Source: Neodothiora populina | Lineage: Eukaryota | NCBI RefSeq assembly: GCF_041146345.1 | Contig: NW_027191409.1 | Location: 1,550,001-1,614,000, forward strand | Length of the DNA stretch: 64,000 bases | Direction: 5' to 3' | In this document: positions 35,531-49,486 of the stretch, in pieces | Numbering within the stretch: position 1 is the first letter of the stretch | How the letters are laid out: each line of letters begins with the position of its first letter | Notes under the pieces: model-generated | Seen by the model: the letters and a program-made list of their open reading frames with translations, nothing else | The model's database searches: none | Told to the model about the DNA's origin: nothing | Translations under genes and position numbers: made by a program

Positions 35531-37282
35531 TCATAGCTTGGCCTTGGGACCCTTTTTCTCCTCCTCTTGCGCCACCAACTTTAGTTTCCTCCTCAAAATC
35601 TTGCCGCTGACGCTCTTGGGGACTTCGTCTATGAATCTGACACCTCCGCGCAGCTTCTTGTGGTTCGCGACTTTGGCGGCCAGCCAGTCGACGATTTCCT
35701 TTTCGAGGGCCGGGCCGGCTTCGACTCCTTTGGCGGGAGTCACGTAGGCTCGCGGCACCTCTGACGCCAGGTCGTCTCTGAAGATGCCGATGACGGCCAC
35801 GTCGTCGATCTTGGGATGTGCGACCAGCAGACCTTCAAGCTCGGCAGGCGGGACCTGGAAGCCCTTGTATTTGATCAGTTCCTTGACGCGGTCGGTGATG
35901 AAGAAATTGCCTTCTGTGTCTTGGTAGCCCACGTCGCCGGTCTTGAAGTAACCGTCGGATGTGAGTGCATTTGCTGTTCCTTCGGGGTTGTTGAGATAGC
36001 CTTTGAAGATGTTGGGACCCTTGATCCAGAGCTCGCCAACTTCGCCTGCAGGAAGCTCTTTGTCTTCGGGTGACATGTACTTCGCGGTCAGGTTTGGTAG
36101 TAACGTGCCCACGGCGCCGATTGTCGTGTACCACTTATCCCAGGGTTGAGTATGTGTAGTTGGGCTTGTTTCGCTAAGGCCATAGCCTTGCTTGATTGGG
36201 ACTTTTATGCGTTTCCATACAGCATCGACGAGATCCTTGGTAAGTGGAGCGGCGCCAGAGTTCATCATCCTTATTGAGCTGAGGTCGTAGTTGTCTACTA
36301 TCGGGTGCTTGCTAAGCAACAGAACAACCGGAGGCACCACGTAGGCGAATGTGATCTTCTCTTGTTGTACCGTGTGGCAAAACTTCTCAATCTCGAACTT
36401 GGGCATGACCACTGTCCTGTAACCATTGTATACACCTTGATGTACAACAGCAGTCAAGCCTGAGAGTAATGTTAGTCATGGCTAGCGAGTGAACTCGAGA
36501 TCATCCGCCACGGCTTACCGTAAATATGGAAGAATGGCAGAAAAGCAAGAATGCTATCTTTCCAAGACAGAAGTCCTTCGCCAGTCGTGACTTGTAGCGT
36601 GTTTGCAACAATATTAGTGTGACATAGCATCACGCCCTTGGGATGGCCGGTCGTGCCACTGGAGTAGACCAAAAATGCTAGATCGTTCTTCGGATCGAGC
36701 TTTGTACGGCGATACTTTGTAGCGCCGCTGGTGTTTCTCACGCTGGTGAAATGCTTAAACCGGCCGTTGCTGTCTCGGGTGTCACCTATCAAGATGATGC
36801 GATCCTCCGGGATGCCAACCACCTTCGCAGCCGCTCTTGCAGTATCCAAAATCGCCCATTGGGTGACGAGCGCCTTTGCGCCCGAGTCCTTCAATTGAAA
36901 TGCCAGTTCGTCGACAGTGTAGCCAGGATTTGCGGGAGAGACGGTACCGCCGGCCCAATGGGTACCCCACATGACTGGGGGTGTGTCGATACAGTTGGGT
37001 GTGAAGAGACCGAGCACATCTCCCTTTTTCCAACCCCATTGTGCTTTCAATCCCTTACCAAACTCGATAGACAAATCTTTGATCTGTTTGTAGGTGTATG
37101 ATCGTTTTGTGTCCGCATCAACCAACACCTCTGTATATTTGTTAGGGCGCATACGATTGGCTAGACAGGAAATCCAACCCACCTCTGTCCAAAGGGAATC
37201 CAACATCTTTACGATCAAATAGGAACGACCAGATATCTAAGTTCGGAATGTCCAAGGACGGATAACTCGAGTCTGTAGGCAT
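35531..37282 (-). CDS. Peroxisomal 4-coumarate/phenylacetyl-CoA-ligase-like AMP-dependent ligase, 3 exons
   Basis: MPTDSSYPSLDIPNLDIWSFLF..., YSSGTTGHPKGV, LPFFHIYG, QGYGLSET, FKTGDVG, DRVKELIKYKGFQVPPAELE, PKSVSGKILRR and a C-terminal PTS1 (AKL). Confidence 0.93.
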
Positions 37283-38799
37283 GATTGCTGAGGGAGGGAG
37301 ATCAAAACAGTATGGCAGAGTATGCGCAAAACAGCTTCACATAAGAACAATCGAGAGGGGAAGGGTGTTGGGGTAAGAGATCGAATGGTCCGGTAGACAG
37401 GAGTCCTCGGTACTTACATGTCTTTTGAATAAACAGCCGCGAGGGCGGTATTTCATCAAGCGATACGTAAAAGCGACACCGGGGACGCCCAGATGATCAA
37501 GCCTACCGACGAGTGCCTTAACCTAGGCTGCTATAGTAAGTAAAATGATGCTCTGCCGTACCACAGAGCACCTTGATACCGTCACTGTCACTGGGATTGA
37601 CATTTTTGCCCCACACCGAAGGCGTTCTCGGGGCTGGCACAGACTCGTGGGGATAGTGTTTAACGTTTCGACCGAGGTTCGCATGCTGTGGGGTCGTCAG
37701 TTTGGTGGGAGAGTCGGAGTTGTCTGTCGCGAAGCATATTGCCGTTACTTTCCGCCAAAGGCATTGACGGATGTCACTGGGCGGAGTTTTGATTTCTGTT
37801 CTTTATTTGCTCTCACGGTACTCCGCTATGTCTCGGGGGACAATTCCGTGGCGCTCATTTGCTCGAGTATTGTTGAAGGCGCTCGAGTGAACGTTTTATT
37901 AAACACCGCGGCTCACTCGAGCCTGAGAGGAGTCCTGCTTCCCTCTTTTGCTGTAAGAGATTGCAGGCGTAGCCAATAACAAGAGTAATGGGCCATTTAC
38001 GTACCTACAAGAGGTCTATTGCTACTCTGTAGAACAAGTGACTAAGAAGAATCTGTACGGCAGTTTAGCTGGGATCAAATCATGTCGATAGACAGGAGGC
38101 TTCTGTAGAAGGCGAAAACGACCATTCAGAGCGAGGGTCTCGCGACCAGTGAATGCAAGTGTACTACATGGCAGCACACAGGAAAGCTGTCCGTCGTGCG
38201 AATAGATGGTGTACCGTGTATAGGCGTAGACTCATGAACGAATGCTGGTGCATCGGTACGAGAACGCTCTCAGGAGTGCTGCTTGCAAGGAACAGGTCAT
38301 ATCAACCAGAATGGATTTATGCAAATCTGACCAGGCGCATTCAATTCGTGCTTCCACCATGCCTAGCTTCATGTCTCATGCTCGGAACATACTGTATGTC
38401 AGTAGTATCACACCCTGATATAACCGACGGCAATATGCCAACGAGTCGGAAATACGATGCAGTACGGCGTACAGCACTACAGTAGAACGCTGCCTTGGTA
38501 GCCCTACAGATACGAAGAGCTGCAGTAGAGGGACTGTAGAAGTGAGTCAGTGCACTCTTCCACTCACTGTCGCCCGCGACGACTTCATCGCTGCAGCTAC
38601 ACACAGCTACATACAGCTACTGCGCCCTTCTGACAAAGTCCACCATCCACGATTGACCCGCAGTCTCAATCCCAATTGCGATTCTATCCTCACAGCGAAT
38701 AGTCAGCGCCTCACGACGTTCCTCGCCCAGCGTCGCCAAAGAAAAAAACCACTCAGTCCACCTCAATTCCCTCCTAGCACCAATACCACCACAGAAAGA

Positions 38800-39284
38800 A
38801 TGAGCGCAACACCGCCCACAAACGGCGCATCTGCCGAATCTGCCACCGGCGTCGCGTCCGCTCGTGATCCCTCTGGATTCCTGAGCGAAATCATCGGCGC
38901 GCCAGTGACTGTGAAACTGAACTCTGGGGTTGTGTATCGAGGTATGTTTGTTTTCCAGTCCTCTCTTTCGCGACGCAAAGGGGAAGGGAGCCGATATGAT
39001 AAGCAAAAGAGCTAATGCGGAAGGCAACAGGAGAATTACAGTCTGTCGATGGATACATGAACATTGCACTGGAGAAGACACAGGAGTTTGTCGATGGCAA
39101 GGCTAGGAGGAGCTATGGCGATGCGTTCGTGAGGGGTAATAATGGTATGTCATCTCTCCTTCTTTCTTTATCTTTGCGTTATTTGCCCTCTGCTCGTGTG
39201 GAGCGTCGAAAGATCCTTTTTCGTCTTGGAAATATTTGCTGATTTTCGAGGGAACTAGTCATGTACATTTCCGCCGATTCATGA
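38800..39284 (+). CDS. LSM6: U6 snRNA-associated Sm-like protein Lsm6, 3 exons
   Basis: DPSGFLSEIIGAPVTVKLNSGVVYRG|ELQSVDGYMNIALEKT...YGDAFVRGNN|VMYISADS*. Confidence 0.93.
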
Positions 39285-39609
39285 TTTATGATTACAATAC
39301 AAAAGCAAAAGAAAGGACTCTAATGGTGAACCGAGTCCTTAGAACGCGTGCTACATGCCTCGACATCCCAAAGGCTGCAGGCCATTGGACATATAAGCAA
39401 AGCTCGCGGAAAAGGAAAGATAGAGTCCCTGAGTTAATCGCTTGCGCTGTTATGAACATCTACAAAAGAGCTGGCAGTCAAAAACAGCCTACACTATAGT
39501 CACGAAAATATCCAAGAGCGGCGATTGAGATGGACACCATACGACCGCAAGACAAGCCAAGCCAAGCAGCCCGTTCACCTCCTTCCTCTCCTCGGTCCAG
39601 CTCCTTCAT

Positions 39610-41521
39610 TTACGCCAACTTATCTTTGACAATGTCCACGATCTCCGAGATGGCCGCCCTTGCGCCCTCTGCGGGGATCTTGGTCGTCCAGATCGCCATG
39701 GTCATGCCGTGGAGTGCGACTTCGCCCTTGTCGTTTGTCTCAACATCGGGCGCGTTGATGGCGTCTGTGAAGATTTTGTAGGCTTGCTGTTCATTAGAGA
39801 GTAAAAGGTTAGACTAGTCGTCAATGTGCGAAAACCAAAAAAAAAAATCAAGAATAGAAGAATGAACAATTGAACGAATCTCCGTCGTATATCACCTTCC
39901 GTACTGTTCTCTTTCCGACGTCATCTGACGGAACAAAAGCGACAGCAGCTGTGGCGACAACGAAAGCAGAGAGGACAGAGCGGAACAACAGAAAGAGAGA
40001 ACTGACCTCGCGTTCCTCGCCCTCTAGCGTAGCAATCTGACTTAGCGTGTTGAATCTATCCCACACCCTTTCCTTGCTCAACCAAATCTCCCATTCCTGT
40101 ACCTGTTCACCAATAGGCAGCGCGAACAACGGCGTCGCCGACAAGGTAATCGACACTGGGTTTGACTCGAGCTGCTCGTCGAAGACGCTGCGCCATTTCT
40201 CGTGTCGGAAACGCGGCTGGTTGTCGTCTTTGGACCAGATCAAGTCTTGAAGTTTGGATTCCCATGTCGTCGAGGCCTTGTGAGAGCGTGGTGCATTGTC
40301 TATTTGTTTTTTTTTGCTTTGGTCAGTAGGATATATCTTTTGGGCTCCCCATACGCCGATTTTGGTAGCTGTATGACGGGGGCTTCCTGGACAGTGCAGA
40401 ATCCGATAGGATGGGTTCAAGTATTGGGAAATGAGGGGAAGTGAGTAAGAAAGAAAAGAAGCGGGGTTGTAATGGGGACATTACACGTTCCTTCTTCATA
40501 TGCGCGTGTGTGCAAATGGATATACGCATATGCAGGTTTGCTCAAAAGGAAGCCTTGTCCATGCCCACCATGTGTGCAGTGTCGTAGCGCAGGGGCCGAC
40601 ATCAGTTTCCCCATGTAAATGTACAGGAATATATTTTCAAGGGCCAAGGGTGCACCGCAGGTTACACGGCATTCTTACACGATCGTACCTGTTCGCTCCC
40701 CCTGATGACCATATGCAGCTTAGGTGATCATTGGATGTTTGACTGAATACTTTTTCCGTGATAGAAAATAGAGATGTAGAAAAAAAATCACTTACAGTCT
40801 TCAACGTTCCAGATCGCACCGAATGCTCCGTGAGGTTGCAAGACACGATGAATCTCCTTGAGAGAATCCATGTTGGCGAACCAATGGAAAGCCTGATTGA
40901 GCACAAAACATTTAGCTTTTCGAGTCACATGGTACAAAAATGTCTATGGGGTACGATCTGTGAGGCCGAGAGGGACAATTGGTAACACAACGCACGAGGC
41001 TTATGATACCAACTCCTCGTTCCTGATCTTATCGGTGTATATGAATCAAGTGACCATGTTACGCGTGCAAGTACAGAAGTAGACAGATAGAAAAAGAGGG
41101 GCCGAGCGAAGGCAAAAGAAGTCCTTCTACTCTCTGCACCTACCTGAGCGGCAATCACCGTGTCCACGCTTTCGTCCGGGAGGGGCATCTCAGTAGACAA
41201 GCCGTCCACCACCTCAACACCCCTCAATGACTTGTTCTCGAGCACCGAGCGCATTCCTGCGTGTGGCTCTACAGCAGTGACTTTGTACTGCTCAGGCCGT
41301 TTTGCAAGCAGCTCTGTGAACTTGCCAGTTCCCGCAGCCAGATCTACGATCGCCGCGCCCGTCTTACCGGCGACGCGAACATTGTCGAGTAAGGTCTCCA
41401 CAGTCTCTGCTGGAAAAGAGGGACGATGTGTGTCGTATGCCGCAGCATTGGCAAACCCATTCTGTGCGAGGGGGTGGAGACCTTTAGTCGCTGATGCTGC
41501 AGTGGACGCGGGAGTCGACAT
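39610..41521 (-). CDS. Class I SAM-dependent methyltransferase (type 11-like), 4 exons
   Basis: AYDTHRPS, IVDLAAGTGKFT, AVEP, VIAAQ|AFHWF...EIHRVL...GAIWNVED|YNAP...WDRFNTLSQI. Introns 40893-41143, 40300-40795 and 39787-40006 preserve the frame. Confidence 0.88.
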
Positions 41522-43836
41522 ATTGTCCCGGTTGTGCTTTGTAAATCAATATTATCAACAAAGAGTCAGCTGATGCAGTGGAAATCCGGGGGCAACAGCG
41601 AGGGGCCAGAACAATAATGATATCTACGGTGGAATGAAAAGATCAAGGGAGGTGGTTGGGTGGTGCAAATAATCAACAGGAATGTGCTGCGAGTTGTGAC
41701 TGAGCCTACAGTATAAGTCACATATCGACGGCGTCACCGCGACAAGGATATTGCGGAGCCAGCCCACTCCTCGCCCAACCCTGCCAACCTCCTTTTTGCT
41801 CTCAGAAGCCCGTTTCGGTAAAGCTCGTCGATTTGACAAAACCCAATCGGGTGCATTATGTTCGCCTAATTCTTTCTTTGTTCACTCGGCATATGCGGGC
41901 GACGCGCGACGCGATGTGCAGATATCCTGCCATGCTGCAGCGGCAGTGCAGCCAAATCAGAGCATTCCCAGCAGTGTGAATGCATAATGAATATGCATGC
42001 CGGGTGCCAAAGCAGCGGGTTTTGTTGATGGAGATGCACGGTACGACGAGCAAGGCAGGGGAGCGAACGGTGACGTCGACATCTTCAAAACACGCAAAAA
42101 AGACGATAGAGTAGCATGTTACAGATTTCGATGCTAGCATAGCGTGCTTGATGTACGGAAGAATCATGGGTGACGAATTCTCGTCATGTCATCAGATTCA
42201 AAATTGCATAGGGGAGATCATAAGAAGGTGTATGAGAACGCCACAACCGGAACATCAAGAGGAAGCGTGGTTTTATGCTGGAGCTATAATCTCCGTCAAC
42301 CAGCCGACGTGGTGGTGAGAAAGCAGCAAAGTGGGCGCTTGTATAATACATGTAACAAGCACATGGGCGGCCAATTGGCCGAGGAAAGCGAAATATAGAC
42401 TCGGCGTACCCGCTTGTGAAAGGTAGGGTAGGGTGGCGCGGGCAATGGCTCGAGGCTGAGAAATGAATTGCTTGTGCATATACCATGGCGCAGATGTAGA
42501 GCTTTGATTTGACAAAGACGACTGTGCGATCTCAGGCTTTTGCAAAAAACCTGGTCTTCCCACAACACACTCAAAATAAAGCCGATGCAGTCGAGAGTAA
42601 GCTCCATAGAAACGAGAGCAGGCCACAGGCATAAGGTAGCGTCACTCAATTAGCGTCAGCAAGAGACTTCCATCGAGCACACGCGTACCTGACCGGGGTT
42701 GTGAAGATCACCTTCTCATCCAACTGAAGTCCCCCAGACTGTGTGAGGAAAAAAATAGAATAGGAACGACTAGTCTCCACGACTAGCCTACCGAGCCTGC
42801 CCTCGGTCAAGGCGCGTTGGAAGCCTCTTTGCTCTGTTTTCGACGATCACGGACCAACCCTCCTGAGTTATACGAGGCACGACTGACTGATCTAACCTCT
42901 CATCGCTTCCGAATCCTTCACCTCAGACATTCTTTGCCCATCATCATTCGCTTGGACGCTGCGTTCGCTCGTTCACTTTATCTTACCCTTTTTCTTCTGG
43001 TCTTCTGGGCCTTACACGTTGTCCGGATCTCTGCGCCGGCCTTCCTTCTGGATCTACTGCTATGAAGCCTTGGTATGTAAATCTTTATTCTCTGGGTTGA
43101 GTGCGTATCTGTAGCTTTTCTTAGAAGCGGATTGTCCGCTTTATGCAACGGTGTGTGTCTCTCTGTACCGTTCGAGCATCGTTCCCAGGCACAACCAAAA
43201 CAACTTGGCAACTTTCAACCTGTCAACGACAGTCTCAATCGACTTAGCTCAGCAGAAATACACACACTTCCCCTCACTCGACTGCCTGCCGGAAAGATTG
43301 TTTGTTGAGTCGGCGCCTGCTCTCGACAAGGGCGCTTTCGTCGATCTACTGGCAGCTTGATTCGTTATTGTTGTGGCTGCCGCAGCCGCCACCACCCGCC
43401 GCTGCTGCTGCCGCTGCTCCTTCCAGTATTGCAGGAGAAATCTGTTGGATTCAGCACCATCATCGCCGCCATCATATTGTGTACCCAGAGTGTCGTCGTT
43501 GTTGTCGCTGTCGCCGTCGCCGCGACGTTCGGATCTCGACCTTGCGCTTACATTTCTGCCTGCGCCCGAACATGTTCATAGACCGTAACTAATCATACAC
43601 GATCGCTGCAGATTGTTGTGCATATCCATCCATTCGCTACTCCCCGAGCGGCCTTACTCGACATCTACGCATTTCCCTGACAAGTAATATACTTCAGTCG
43701 GTGAGAGCACGACAGTCGTTCGAACCTCGCCATTTATATATTATATACCCGACGATCACACGGATCGTGACATTGCATTAATTCCACAACAAGCGAGCTG
43801 TCTGCATCTACAGCCGCTGCTAACAACACTATCTTT

Positions 43837-46800
43837 ATGCCGAAAAATCCTCTAAAAGGCTTCGCTCGCCGCAAGTCTTCAGGCAACGTGCTTGACCTGC
43901 AAGCAGAGCAGCCAGCGACGCCTGCGGGCTCTTCGTTCCGTGTGCTCGAACGCCCCCATGCCGTCGAGAGGAGAACAAGTGCTCAGCGGCCGATGAGTGC
44001 CATGCCCTTTGGGCAGAAGGGCAAGTCGACCGAAGATCTTAGACATCTCGGCACCAACACAAACAGGTTCGTCACCACCCCCCAGTCTCAGCCTCCCCGT
44101 AATTCGTTCTGGGGACTAAAACGCAGCAGGGGTAGTGGCACTACGACTCTTTCAGGGTCAAGCGGCTACTATGACACTTCGTCATCCTCTGCACGCTACA
44201 GTTCCACTTCCACTCTACCCTCGTCGTTTGATCAGGAGAACGAGACAACAGCGGACGATTTGTTTCCTGCAAAGACGTCGCATCAGGTCTCTCGCAGTGA
44301 AGTTCAGGCAGCCCATGGCGCAATCCCCCATCCGCCGTCTTTCTCCGCAAGGGCCAGCAAAGCCATGTCCTTTGGCATGAAGAAAAAGCAATCTTCGCCC
44401 CCAATGATGGAAGAGGAAGTAATCGAAACGGTACCCGCTTTACCTGACAACGCAGCCATCAGAGACCGAGCGACTACGGTGAGCAGTTATGCCAGCACCG
44501 CGGTCCCACCACGGCTAGAAGCCAGCCTTGGGGCCTCTGATTTCAGCAGTGACTTTGGCAATATGTTCGAGGGATTAGGAGATCCGAAAAAAGAATCGCT
44601 CCCGCTCCCACCACCCCCGCGCGTCCACGGGAGCTTCATGCGATCTGTGCGTTCTAAATACAGCATCAAAAGGCATATGCAATTTACTAATTTTTGTATA
44701 GGACTCGGAGCCATTATATGCAGCTCGCACTTCTTCCAGACCGATCAATACCCCTTCTCCAGAACCTGAACCTCAGCGTATCACCAGACCGTCGACTCTC
44801 ACTCACACCAAGAGATATTCCTGGCAGAGCCGAACGTCAAACGACGGTCTCATGTCGCCGGGCCTCGACACTGACATGACCTCTCCGAGATCATCCGAAT
44901 TTTCCCAGGATACCATCAAGCCTCAGACTGGTTTCGGGCGCTTCAGACCTGGTTATCAGCCTGTACCATTGCGTTACGCCTCCCCTGGCTTTGAAGGAGA
45001 CTCATTACCCAACACGCCGGGATTCCCACCTCACGTCGGCACTGCTTCGAGCGACGACGACGCATCACAGGAAGACGAAGCCAGACCAATGGCACGAATG
45101 GAGCCCAAGGTCTTGAACTCTTCCATGGGTCTCCCTCCTCGACCACAGTACGACCAGCGGACCAATGGATACGCGCAACATCCTGCATTGGCCATAGTAA
45201 AGAATGGAAACGGCCCAACCAACACTGGCGATGACGATACGACAGGCAAAGACTCTCAGACCACCACCCCTAGAGCAGCGAGTGTGCAACCTCACGTCGA
45301 AGACGAGGCCATCTTCCCCGCCTCGCCCAGGGGTACTCCGAGCCTGACAGTGCACCCAGCGAGTCAGAGGAGACCCGGGCCCGGAGCAGCGCACTCACCC
45401 CAGAAGAAGATGACAAGAGCACAGTTCGAGAAGCAACGTGCTGCACCAGAGGACGAGGAGAGCGAAAGCTCTGAGGAGTCGGACGACGGTTACGACGATG
45501 GTGATGAGGAGGAGCGCCAGGCGGAGATGATTCGACAGAGACGGAAGCAAGAGGCCAATCTTGCTGTTTATAGGCAACAAATGATGAAGGAGTCGGGTAG
45601 CCAACACACCGACATGCTTCAAAGACCTGGATTCGACAGGGCTTCCTTGAGCGCCCCTTCGCTATCTCAAGGGATGGTTGGGCCTTCTGTAGGCGGACCC
45701 GAGGAGGAGGATGACGACGTGCCTCTTGGTATTCTCCAAGCTCATGGCTTCCCCAACAAGAACCGACCGCCCACTCGCACTGGTGGCAGTGGCAGCGCTC
45801 CACCCACTCCCGGTTCAGTCATGGGAGATGGAGCAGGTGGTGCGCTTCCTCCGTTCGCTCGTAGACTCCCTCCGGATCCATACTTCGGTGCCAGTCTGGT
45901 GAATCCTGCTAACCGTGAGACTCTTGCATTTGGAGGAAATGTGGGAGGAGGCTCTGTGTACGGTGGGAGCAACGCTCCTGCAGTTCAGCCCCCGCCGCCG
46001 GGTGGTCTCGTTGGAGTCATTGCCGGCGAAGAGCGGGCACGAGCCGCCAGACGCGGCAGCCCCAATCCTGCCACTGGTGGTTATGGGCCCATCCCGCTGC
46101 CAGGAAACATGATGAACATGCCTCCGGCAATGCCTCGTTCAAATTCCATGATGAACGTTATGCCTCCGCAGATGGGAGGTATGATGCCTGGGATGCCTAT
46201 GGGTATGCCAGGAATGGCACCTATGGGCATGGACACACAGCAGCAGATGGTCCAGATGATGGCCATGCAACAGCAAATGATGCAGAGCATTATCCAAATG
46301 CAGGCTGGACAGATGCACGCCGGCCAACCTCCGAATTTCTCCCCGTCTCCAAGCATGCAAAGCTTGGGCAATGGCTTCCTGAACCCCGGTGGCATGCCGC
46401 GACCCATGTCCACACCGGCCAATGCCCCTGGCACACCTAATGCTGGAAGGTCAATGAGCATGCTGCAGCCACCTCCTCAGTGGGGCGGCGATGGCAACGC
46501 ACATGGCAGGTCCAACACGATGGGAAGCAACGCACCGCCATTGGGGTACGCTGGCTCGGTTTATAACTTCAACTTATCAGCGCCTGCACCAGGCTATACT
46601 CCCTCAATTGCTCCGAGCGAGCGCAGCAACGTTGGTATGCCATCTAGATACCGCCCGGTGTCAACAATGGAGGCCAACGTGGGCAACGGCAGAAGCCATA
46701 CCATGACGTCCGGCATGGATGCTGTCCGACAGGGTGCCATCAGCCCGTCTCCACTGGCAGCTGCGCCTCAGGCGCCAAAGTCCACGATCAGAGTCATCGA

Positions 46801-46978
46801 CAAGCCGAAGGGCACCCCCAGATCTCCTCCGAGCCGTCACAGTGCAGACGACGAAGACGATGACGCTGCATGGGCGGAGCTGCGCAAGAAGCGTGAGGCC
46901 AGGAAGACAAAGAAAGGAACGATGACGAGCAAGACTCCAGAGCCGGCACTAAGTGAGCTTTACACGACCATGGAGTAG
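43837..46978 (+). CDS. Probable conserved fungal low-complexity protein (P/G/M/Q-rich), spliced
   Basis: MPKNPLKGFARRKSSGN start; introns near 44068-44129 and 44647-44701. Islands RKQEANLAVYRQQMMK, DDDVPLGILQAHGFP, GGLVGVIAGEERARAARRGSPN and YTPSIAPSERSNVG. Function not recognised. Confidence 0.75.
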
Positions 46979-48137
46979 TGTGCCAGCCTTCCAGTACCGC
47001 CACTTTTGCCGACTCACTACCACTTTCGAATCTAACGCAGGACGAAGATGTTACCAAAATTGACCGGAGAGACGTTATGTTTTTTGTTAAGGAGAAGCGA
47101 CCACACCTTTCGCTTTTTCTGTCACCTTTAGCTTGTGCATAGACTTACCCCCTTCACATTCTTGCATTGCGTTGCATTGGGATATTCAAGGACTTCGGCA
47201 AACACATGGAACAACGATCAAAAAGAATTCTTTTGTTGACATGGAAACATTTTCCTTGGGGGTTTTTGCCCATACTAGCGTATCTTCCACGGAGTTTCTC
47301 CTTTCTCCTTTCTCCTTTCTACCTTTTTTCTTTCTGAGCGTGTCTCCGCTCTATTTTTCGAGGTCAAAATCAAGGGCCGGGGTTTACATTGGAACATATA
47401 TATGCATTCACTGGGACTGCTATTTTTTCAGCTTTTCACCATTTAGGAGAGAGACGAGGCCGCGGTTCTTTTCGTTTTTCTTTCGTGGCCGCGTCTCTCG
47501 AGTTTCAAATTTGTTCTTTTCGTTCCTTTCATAATGCCCATAATCCTACATCTTTCTCACTTCTGAGTACCACACTGTCTGCTTTTCACAGGAACAGCAC
47601 CTTGCTCAAGTGACCAAGATCTGCTAAACTATACACCTACTGTGTAAAGGACTCAATGTCGTCCAAGCTCGAGCCGCGGAGAAGGTCGTTCGCCGGCCTG
47701 GAAATGACACCCCGAGTCTGAGGATGAGACACTGTCGCTATCTTATCATAGCACTGGACGCTGTTTCTGAATATGGACATCTTGTGGAAATAATATCGGA
47801 CGTCATTGTTTTCTGTTAACAGTCAACGCATGCCCCGCGGCGAAGCTTTCCCCCTCCTCCGAACGAAGTCAAAACTCCGCTTTGTAGAGTCTAACACGTT
47901 CCTCCATCTCGTGTGTATGACATAGTTGATTCGCGGGGTGTGTTTATAACTATGAGGTAAGCTACTGTATACAATACTTTTCGACGATTTCCAAAAACTA
48001 CTCAAGGTACAGCTTTTATTCTGTCTCTCAAGTCTCTTGTCGTTTCTCATTCATTCTATATCACCCACTCGATTTTACCAGAGAAGAGCTGCCACATATT
48101 GCTTTCAGCGCACTTACAGCAATAAGAGCTAGAAAAC

Positions 48138-49171
48138 ATGTCTACCGGAGTAGGAATGTCTTCGTGCTGTCTATCTGGCAAGATCCAGAACGGACAGCCA
48201 AAGGGCCGCGAGGAGCAGATTGCTGGATTGGAGACATATGTGTCTGAACCCACCGATGGATCGAAGAAGAAGACTATTGTGTTCCTTGTCGATAGTAAGT
48301 TTCTTCCTTTGGTGTTTCTATAGCTCATATTACGAATGCGTGGTGTCTGCGTGGCATCTTGCTATGAACTTGGGTTTCTTCACCTTTTCAATTGTCCAGT
48401 CTGGACTCTTATTCGATTATAAAATACGCATGTACAAAGAGATAGAACAATCCCACTAACTCTTGTTCCTCCTCTCCCTCAGTCTTCGGATGGAAGTTCC
48501 CCAACACACGTCTCCTAGCCGACCAATACGCCGCCCAGGGCTTCTACGTCTACATCCCAGACGTACACGAAGGCGACTCGCTGCCCATTTCCTTCCTCGA
48601 CACCGTCGAGCCGCCCCTGCCCACGCGCGAGTCGCAGTCCGTCCTGGACAAAGCGTCGGCGACTGCCCAAGTGGGCGCTACACTGGGACCCTGGCTGATC
48701 AAGCATCGCGAGGCGGTCGCCAGACCTTTGATCGAGGGCTTCATCCGCACGATACGCATGGTGCCTGGCACGGATAGAGTTGGTGTCGTGGGATTCTGCT
48801 GGGGAGGCCGTTATGCTATCTTGGCTGGCCATGCGGACTTCAGCAGCGGAGAGGGTAAAGGCGCGGATGCGGTGTTCTCGCTTCACCCTTCGCTGGTTTC
48901 CATCCCTGCGGACTTTGAGGATGTCGCTGTGCCGATTGCGTTTGCGGTCGGGGATAAAGATAGTTTGTTGAGTGTCGAGCAGGTGGATCAGATTAAGGAG
49001 GTCATGGATCGGAAAAAGAAGCAGGATGGGTTGGAGAGCGAGGTCAGGGTTTATGAGGATCAGATTCATGGATGGAGTCTTAGGGGTGACTTCAGTTCTG
49101 AGAAGGATAAGAAGGCTATGGACGAGGCTGAGAAGCAAGGGTTTAAGTGGTTCCACAAGCATCTCGGTTGA
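48138..49171 (+). CDS. Dienelactone hydrolase family alpha/beta hydrolase, 2 exons
   Basis: MSSCCLSG...GLETYV...IVFLVD|IFGWKFPNTRLLADQYA...GVVGFCWGG (Cys nucleophile)...HPS...GDKD...HGWSLRG. Confidence 0.92.
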
Positions 49172-49486
49172 GAGTATTGTTCTTTTCGACTTCTAATTTA
49201 ATTTAATTCTTCGTCCCTTTTTCTAGTCTTGTGATTTTTTTCAAGAAATGAAGCTTGAGGACCAAAATCATGCTATAACGCTGGCATTTGAGATGCTACT
49301 ACAGATAAAATCACGTTGCCCTCGACAATCCACCAACAAGTCTAGCCGAGCCACATCCAACTACTTCAACAGTAACAGCATCTCCAACCAAACCGATCCT
49401 CGTACCAAGTCACAAGATTAGTCCAATCCACCTGATACTACATACACAACAGCAACAAACCCTGTCACTGCATCTGAGTTTCAATT

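Noticed and set aside
35531..37282. CoA ligase as the missing MysE-like adenylation enzyme of the cluster
   Set aside because: It is about 9 kb away, is a common peroxisomal 4CL-like ligase with a PTS1, and has no T, TE or R domain.
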